DNA of 64,000 bases from Magallana gigas (Eukaryota): positions 50,778,001-50,842,000 of the forward strand of contig NC_088854.1 of NCBI RefSeq assembly GCF_963853765.1. Direction: 5' to 3'. Positions within the stretch are counted from its first letter, which is position 1. Each line of letters opens with the position of its first letter. The position numbers were made by a program, and so were the translations under genes. This document shows positions 55,481-64,000 of the stretch, piece by piece. Under the pieces are notes generated by a model. It made no database searches. It was not told where the DNA came from and saw nothing but the letters and a program-made list of their open reading frames with translations.

Positions 55481-58400
55481 TCAGCCCTGGCCCTGGGGCT
55501 GCGCCATGTCGTACAGTGTTAGGGCCTGAATGATGGTGGGGTCTTTCTTTGAACCTTCTAAAAACTCGTCAAAGGTAAGCTTATCATCACGATTCTGGAG
55601 GAGAAAAACAAAATCATAAAAATACTTTCCTGATACACATTTTGACGCAAAATCAACAAAACAGAAAAAGTGATATATAACTTCGACTAGGATACTCTCT
55701 AGCGTCCATTCATCACTTATCCCCCTTTTTCTTATGATATTGATATGTACATGTACATGTAGCATTCGTTATGTACAAATATCTAGTAACCATAATACCA
55801 AGCAATCGCCATTAATGAATTTATGAGTTAATGTTTACCTTATCCATAATGTCAAAGATTTTGTTCACTCTCTTCTCAGGAGTATTCTCTTCTTCTGGGA
55901 GGTTTACCATGCTTCCCTGCATCAAATAACACACGCATAATTTAACTATAGGCTAATGCTAAACCGTTCGACAATCTATTTGTAACAACAAAAACTAAAA
56001 AATACCAAATTTTCTAATAATTCTTTTACAAAGGAGAGAAAATATTAAACAATCTTACTCCAACTGCATTAACATGTAATAAAAAAAGAATACTAACCAC
56101 CATCTTGTAAATGGCGTCCACGATATCCAGCAGTTCTTGTCTGGTAATATAACCGTCATTGTCTAAATCGTACAATTTGAAAGCCCCTACGGAAAAAAAA
56201 GATAAGAGATAAATGGAATGCAGTAAACGATTTAATTTGAAAATCCAAATAATTATAAAACATGTACATGTATTATTGACTGGTTCCAAACAAGTTGTAA
56301 CCTAATTTTTATTTTTGTTTTTAATTTGCTAGGAACACGGATGTGACTGTATTAATTCAATTAATGTACATGTATCAAACAGTCAATTTTTTTTTATTTT
56401 ATCCCAGTGCCATAAACATCTATAGTTATGTATTACAAGACAGTTGCTTGCTCCGGTCAAGTAAAATACTCCATAATACCTGTTTTTGATATACACTAAA
56501 TATTTTTTCCCTTGAGTCTTATTGTATTATTTAGCACAGATAACAGATATTTAATTATGAAAGTGCTACGTGCAGAATCCATGTGTACTTTTTAATTGAT
56601 TGATCCATTGTTTCCGACGTCGGTTTTAAAAAAGTGATGACGTAGATGTCAGAACAATCATGTCAGTTTCCATCTTTTTTATACATAGTAGGAATCAACC
56701 AATTATCTGTTAAAACGTCTGTGTCCGGAAAAATCGGTGGTTTATTCGGTTTGCTGGCAAAATTTTCCAATCTGGTTTTTGTTTTCCTCCTCCCCTTACT
56801 ACGCATGTTCATTCAAAATACATTCACCAGCTTTTTCCCTGTGAGAGCAATAAGGACATTTGCCAGACTTAAAATCTTTCGATCCAAGATTTATTCAATG
56901 GGTTACACCGTTTTAACTAAGATAGTTAATACTAATAGTTATGTTCCTTTTTAAGTTCAATTTCAAAATGTGTGATTATGTATATTATTAAGAAGAATAA
57001 AATTTGTGTTAAGGAAAACAAAATTTTAAGTCTGAATGCATCCATGATCTATTTAATTGAAGTGCTCCTCCTTATAAAGAACTATAGAGTGCATTGTGTA
57101 TGTGTTTTTTGACTAAATTAGTGGTGAATTATTAAATACATTTTTTATCAGATGGATACCGGTATTGTGTTATACAATCTTACATTTAACTCATATGATG
57201 CACTGGTTCTACTTTAAAGTAAATTGTCCCTTTCTAAAATAATCTTGAAGTCATCGAATATAGTAAATTTAAAGGTTTGAGTAATGTACAATATAAAGAC
57301 CACATACGTCATCAAAATATTTTAATAGAACTAATTGCAGCGATACAGGGTATATATTAAACGACAGATTTTCTTTTCGGGTTATGGGTGATTTGTTGCA
57401 ACAGTGAGTCCATATTAAGGTGTACGTACCTCAAAGTTCCATGCAAACATTTGTTTTTGCAATTTGCATATCTATAAGCTACATGTAAGACTGTATGACA
57501 TTAGTATGAAAATGTATTTCAGAAATTACTATAATACAGGCAAAAATCTACCAAATGCGCCTTGTCTTTTTACAATATACGTTGCTTTGGTATGATGAAC
57601 AATGTAAAATGGGGGAGGAGGTTGAAAAGCACGAATATTTATTTATATTCACCTGAAGTTGAGAGCCAAATTCATATTATACAATGGTTTGATTTACTTA
57701 ATATTTAAAAAAAAAATCGATACACATTTGATTTAATCATTGCACTGAAAGTTCCGCCAAAGGCATTTGTATATGAATTGCAAATCATGGCATTACTACA
57801 AATAATTCGTTACAATAAATCTTCAGAAAACATCCTAAAAGCTGAGGCAGAGTGAGCGCCATAGACTTCGTAATAAAAATAACAGCATTCTCAACAGCCT
57901 CTCTGCACATCACCAGCACCCAAGACATGATGTCGGACAAAGTGTCAAATATAACTGCCCAGAAGCGAGAAATCTGACAAACGGTCATAATGCAGAGTTT
58001 GTGGTGGGAGACGGGGGAGTACCGGAGCAGCCGACGTGATGGTAATCTACGGTAATGAAGAGCCACCGCTGTCTCATCATACGTCAGACAAACCGTCAGA
58101 AAACAGCGAATGGCAATTTCATTGGGATGTAACCAAAGTCGACACTTACAATCTGTTTTATTTTGCGGCAAATGCCAATGATCAATTACAACTTAACGAT
58201 TCAACAGCAGCCATAAATATACATATATGAACGCGAACCAAATAAACTTTCGAGTGTATTAAGAAGCCAAAGTATATACTTGTCAAGTACCGCCATGTAT
58301 CCAGTGGTGTTCATAGCTTTATACTGTATTTACGTACGATTCAAATTTGTAACGTATAGTCCAATACATTTCATTAACATTTCAAATCTATCAATAAGTC

Positions 58401-61400
58401 CTTCGGGCTTGTTTAGATTTGATCACGCCCTGACCAAAATGATCACATCATAATCCTCCAAGAATGATTCCTTATTCCTTATATATATACCGGTCACGTA
58501 ATCATCAGTTTTATGCATGTGGTTCATGTATAATACACGTGTCTATCGACTGAACATGTACATCTGAAGTATGCGGGGTTGGGTCTGTACGGATAAAGCC
58601 AAACAAAGGTTAAATTGGGAAATGTCATCTTACCATGGCAGGGTTTGCTCAAATACAAGATATTCAGTTTAATATGATTATGACTTTGATACAATGTATA
58701 CGTACGTCATAGATTGTCACCAATGACTAAACACTAGATCAATAGATCAATGGATCAATTTGATTGTTCCAAGATATTTTCGGGGTTAGATAACAGACAG
58801 TCTAGATGGTCTTCGCAGATTTTTATGAGCATGTTTGAGACTTTTACCGGCGATTATACTTACATTTTAGTTTCTCCTGCACACTTCCTCTAGACGTTAC
58901 AGATAAGGCCGTTAAAAATTCATGGAACTCTATATATCCATCTCTATTCTCATCGAATACATTGAACACAAAGGATGCAAATTTACTGGGATCTCCAAAG
59001 GGAAAGAACTGCTTGTATATCTTGGTGAATCCCTGAAAAAGAACATCTATAAATAAATTTCGTCATCAAAATGTTTCAGTGTTTACAAATTTTCTTTGAA
59101 TACAGGCTACTGACTTTCTAAAGAATTAATATTACTTAATGACCTGAACCTGTTGGAAAAAATGAAATTGTATAAACTTATGATATTATCACCTAACAAC
59201 TAACTGAGATACAAAGATTGCTTCTTTAGTTACTTCTTAATTTTGGCTATTTTGTAAAGTATTATTTCTTCATAGAGAATATATTCGACCATATGTTAAA
59301 CAATTGTTCCAAAAATCACCAGAGAGATGTGTAATTGAGGACATAAAAACAAAGCTTTTTCTTTGAATCTTAGTTCTTTTGAAATGATGTTAAAACAAAG
59401 TAACAGTATTCATGGACATTGCTCGTGTTTCCATACTTTGTTCTCTGTGAAAATTGTTTGTGTAGAAGATGATGATCAAAAGACTAAAATTCCGTCTCTT
59501 GAGAAAAAAAATGTTCTCTTTTAAATGAGAAGGAATTTTTATCGCTCATACTTGTTGAAAGGTGAACACATTTTCACCGGGTGATATCTTAGTCTCCTTC
59601 AAACAAAAACAAAAGCAGCAAAAATGGGGTTAAATAAACATTTATACCCAAGTTAAACTAATCGTTTTAACTAAAAATACAAAGACTGTATGAGCAGTAA
59701 TTGTCATTCTTGGAGCAGAATTAATACTTTTGTCCATTCTATCTTCCTGTGTCTGTCAGACATCCAAAGTTTATGCCGAGATATACCAGCAGTGAAACTG
59801 ACATAGCACACGTGGCTCTCCCAGACAGGAGAAGCTGGCGGGCCGTGATAAGGAGATCAATTGCTTATGACATATTTGCAATATACGTGTGCTGTTATGA
59901 AGATTGCTATAAAATTGGTTTAACGGGGATTCGCCTATCAACTGTCACTCCGGTCCGATTTCGCCGGAGTTTAACTAGTAATCATGGAACAATACTCTCG
60001 TGGGATTTCCAAAGCTTATAGAAATTTCACTCGAGTATAATTCAAAAACGCTAAATATGCCTTAGATCCAAAACTTTAAAATACGATTGGGACGTTTGGA
60101 CAGAATTAATTTCATGGTGGTGCAGGAATCAAGTATAATAACATCAGTACCGCTTATTATATAGGTGTCCAGGGCTCCTTCCTAAAGCATTTAGCTTTTA
60201 TGTAGCGAGGTAATTGGTAAATAAACAAATTAGGTTGTTGATATCAACACTTGCAATATATAATATTATGCATGAACATGGTGTAAGGACGAAAAGTCTC
60301 ATTTAAAACATTTTTTTTCAGTTAAAAATATCATTTCCTTGTATAAATACAATGTAACCCCATGAAAAAAACTATTACAAATGCCAAAAGATAAAAAGAT
60401 TTTGAAAAGTTAGTATAATTTCTTACATATTTATTCAAACAAATCAGCAACGTCCATTTGCTGGCAAAGGAAATTAAAAATTTCAGATATGATTCTAAAA
60501 GGTTCGGGAATAGGGTTGTTACCCGGTCCATCTCTCTGTCACACTCTAGCCTGCTATTTAATACGTTTTACACTTTACTGTGAGTAAACAGTCCATTTTG
60601 ATTTGATTGATGGTACTAGTATCTTATATGTAAAATGATGTTTCAAAGTTTTTGTTTCGTCATTTTGGTTGGACATAAATCCCAATATTTTACGATAGCT
60701 GATCGCTGTTGATCTATCCAAATTGGTGACAATATGGTCAGCAATGCAAATAAGTCAAGACCGAGTATGGTGTCTTGTATCAATAAGTTTTCGGAAGTTT
60801 GGATCGACTGGATATTATGAAAACTAGTTTTCGGTATTTTATTTGATTCACAAAATGTATAGAAAACTTCATAAATCTGTTAATTATACATATTTTATAA
60901 ATTTATGATCTTTTTTACACGAACTGCATACGTAAATATTATATATATCCTCCATAGATCTGCAATTCATACAGAAACCCATGATATGTTGCTTTTACTC
61001 TGCAGTTTTCTGGTAGATTAATAGAAAATACAATGTTTCTATACATGATTAAAACCGAATGTTGCTAGTGTTGTGTTATCGGCGATAACATTCGTTGAGA
61101 GCGTTTTATCGTCTGTGTGTTTAGGCAGTGAACAGCCTTCCTTCTGTCTGACTTTGATGATTTGGCGTTAACCTTAATCTATAACTATACTTACCTCTAA
61201 TGTTAGTTTCCCATCTGGACAATCCTTCATGAAGCCTTTGTACCTGTAACAAATATTTAGATTACTTGTACAATGTATTGTCAAAAGGAACAATATGTGT
61301 TATCTATGACGTAAGAAAAAGAGGTAATTAATAATGAAACAAGAGTCAGACGGGTTTTAGTGATTTTAAAGATGACATATTAATGAAAATGATTATCTAA

Positions 61401-61750
61401 ACGTTATTTCATATATTTAATACCCCAGATAGTCTAATGATCCGAAAAGTTTTTGAATAGTTTCGTATGTGTTGGCAGGCTACTGGAACACTGTTCTTGC
61501 TATTGTCTTCATTTGTAATCAACGAAGCTTATGGTGACTGAATAATGCTCGTACACATATCACTTCAACATAGTATATACAATGTAGTACAAATACAAAT
61601 CCACTTTGTTCATTAAAATAGCTAGATAAGTCTAATTTGTCAAAGGTTTGACCGTTTTGACAGCTAGCATTGATAGTATTTTACTAGATTTGCACATAAA
61701 AACTTTGCAACTTTGAAAAACTTACCAATTTTGAATTTCTTTTTCCGTAA
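55481..61750 (-). CDS. NCS1: Neuronal calcium sensor 1 / frequenin homologue (first coding exon outside the window)
   Basis: Exons 61726-61750 (TEKEIQNW), 61195-61243 ([16 protein letters not shown]), 58864-59032 ([43 protein letters not shown]), 56098-56186 ([17 protein letters not shown]), 55839-55916 ([12 protein letters not shown]) and 55481-55594. EF-hand loops are intact and phases are consistent. Confidence 0.93.
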
Positions 61751-62457
61751 CTGTAAGAAATGATATAAAAACAAATATAGAACAGTAAATATAAAATTAT
61801 AAACATGGTGTATCAATAAAAATGTATATTGTATATTTAAATAATAGCTTGCACCTACATTGTATCTCGTGACAACGTGTTTTATAGGTTACATAATATC
61901 TTTTTAGGAGGTTTAGGTTTGTGATTTTTGATCATGATTGGTGCACGTTTCAGCCCATTTAATTTTGTTAATAATAAACTATGTGCTATTTATCATCATT
62001 TGAACTTCTTGTTTAATTGAGTTAATATTTGAAATAGAAAAGGATTCCTACAGGCCCAAAGTATCATATTTTTGGCCAGACAACCTGCCTTCAATCCTCT
62101 ACATTATCATTTACTGTGTATTCTCCTATGTATTAATTTTCTTAAGCAAACCGATTGTAATTCACAGCGCTGTAAAAACTGACAGGACTGATATCTACAC
62201 GTCCGTTTATCATATTGGTCGAAACCTTCCACATTCTAAGAAAAATCATGGACTGCACGAGTAATCTGATGATGATGATTATTAATAATTAAATTATTTA
62301 TTACAAGAAAGATGTAAATATAATTAAATGATACAATGTTATCGTTGATGATTCATGCGGACTGTGAGGGTATAGGTTTTTCCTGCAATGTGGCAAAGAA
62401 GAGTACTAACGTGGCGAAGCTCACTTCATTGCAGCATACCCTATGTAATTAATATAT

Positions 62458-62945
62458 GAAAAAGGGGCCAATCGGCCATATCACTCATCTAAGCAACCAT
62501 CTTTTACTCTAACCCGAAGTAATTAACTAATTTGAAAAAAGTTCCATCCAATTAAAATATCGCGTTTCTAATACAGCAATTATGTAGCATTTTCTTTTTT
62601 AATTTAATGATTAGTTGGGTCGTGGTTTAAACAAGCTTGAATTTAACATATATCTGAAGTAATACTAGTATGTAATTGAGCTGATGCAGCATGTACATGC
62701 TATTTGGCTCTGGAGAAGAAGGTTTAAAATTACTTAGCACTATCGCTTTTATTTTTTAATTATCTCCCCTTTAAATTGCATTGTCCTTTAAATCTATTTG
62801 TAAATTTTAGAACGCCCTTAACCTAAGAATGCTTATGTAAAATTTAATATAAATTAACACGTGGTTCTGGAGAAGAAAAGAAAATGTGAAAATTCTACTC
62901 ACTACTAACTTGACGCTTCAACTTTAATATAGTAAAGCTAAAATG
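62458..62945 (+). mobile_element. Degenerate Helentron-associated element carrying a Cg170-like satellite monomer
   Basis: Two (g/c)tctggagaagaa blocks ~165 bp apart with attatctcccct between them; the 5' end is ggccaatcggccatatcactcatct and the 3' end is agctaaaa. It resembles the oyster 166-bp satellite family as I recall it; no database check was run. Confidence 0.55.
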
Positions 62946-64000
62946 AAAACTTAGCCAGTGGTAGAGAATAGTATGTGATCTACAGAAAACAGAGCCAATA
63001 CGGTAGTATGGGGGTCACGGCGGGTCAGTTTTGAAGTTGAGGGTCCCGTACGGATATAATTTTTTATATTGAGTTTTGTACAATGTCAATGTATTTACAC
63101 GTTTGATAAATTTGTTTGAATTGTATCAATATTTCAGTTTGGGAGTACGATATATCATACTCATGTTATTTGAAAACTGAAAAAAGAACCACTTTAACAA
63201 GTGCATGGACTGTGGGTATAGTACTTGACAAACTCCGATTTGATGAATGCGGCGTCTACTCATTGGTAACTACTCAGTCATTGGTTAATAGGTATGAATA
63301 CATTAAACCCAATGACACTTGTACAACTTCATCTATTGCTGTATACTTTAAATGATTTCACACAATAAATAGCAGATATTTGAGAAAAAAAACTTTCAGA
63401 CTTCGACAGTTTATGAATATTGATTAGCGTTTCTTAGCAAATTAGAAAGAAGTGACTCAATATTTGACATCTTGTTTTGATGAGCAAAATATAAGAGATA
63501 CAAGTACATATGTCGATAGACCGAGCTTAGAATGGTTCTAGCTGGTGGGATTAAGTCTTTTTAGCTTTGTTGGTTCATATACGTTCATCCAATGCTTAAA
63601 AGGATAATATTCCATTATTAAATAGATTTCTGGGACAGATAGGATCCACAAATAAAAGTAAGATTATGTTCAATTAATTTCATTTGTGAATCTTTGGTCA
63701 GATGGTTGGTTATCATATATAAGTATGTATAATTCCCCAAGATGTAATGAAATATAATATCCTAAGATAATGTCGAAGATGTTCCCATTATTTTCCTGGA
63801 AGTATACACTCTAATATAAGTAATCGGATGATATGACTATAGTTTATGGTTAAGTCCATCTATCAGTATTGCAGCAAAAGGGAGATGGCATCTATGCAGT
63901 TTTGGTGCGCGGTAAATGACGTATACCGCATATATTGGAGAAACCATCATCTGTCCAAGACCAGAAGCCGTTGATTGTGTAACAGAACGTTTTTATGATG

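Noticed and set aside
57830-58230. GC-richer block in an NCS-1 intron (possible alternative exon or enhancer)
   Set aside because: No phase-compatible exon or identifiable motif set. It cannot be supported without expression or conservation data.
58627-58643. atcttaccatggcaggg resembles the U1 snRNA 5' end
   Set aside because: The match is short, needs an indel and does not continue into U1 stem-loops or an Sm site. Likely chance.

Overview
AT-rich eukaryotic genomic DNA, most likely an oyster (Ostreidae); this is inferred from a degenerate Cg170-type satellite element and the repeat style. I reconstructed five genes by hand from GT/AG junctions and exon phases: (1) a class A GPCR (-, about 152-927, TM7 apparently outside the window); (2) a 16-coding-exon, 1573-aa receptor-type tyrosine phosphatase (-, 13446-25532) with an EGF/furin-like/FN3 ectodomain; (3, 4) two tandem 9-exon DMBT1-like SRCR-SRCR-ZP-mucin-GPI paralogues (+, 27121-33473 and 43376-52309); (5) NCS-1/frequenin (-, 55481-61750, first exon outside the window). 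The main leads are these. The phosphatase has its last FN3 region, TM and both PTP domains in one 2556-nt exon yet keeps a terminal intron. Both PTP domains carry active-site substitutions. The ZP paralogues share a 112-nt gene-conversion-like tract, and each is followed by a decayed spare terminal exon. Intergenic and intronic DNA holds an IS3EU-like element, TTAA-type MITEs (one carrying a tRNA-like Pol III cassette) and several unrelated foldback elements with GCGAAGC/CTTCG apices. I found no CRISPR array, rRNA, convincing tRNA gene or intact transposase. All coordinates were read by eye and may be off by a few bases.
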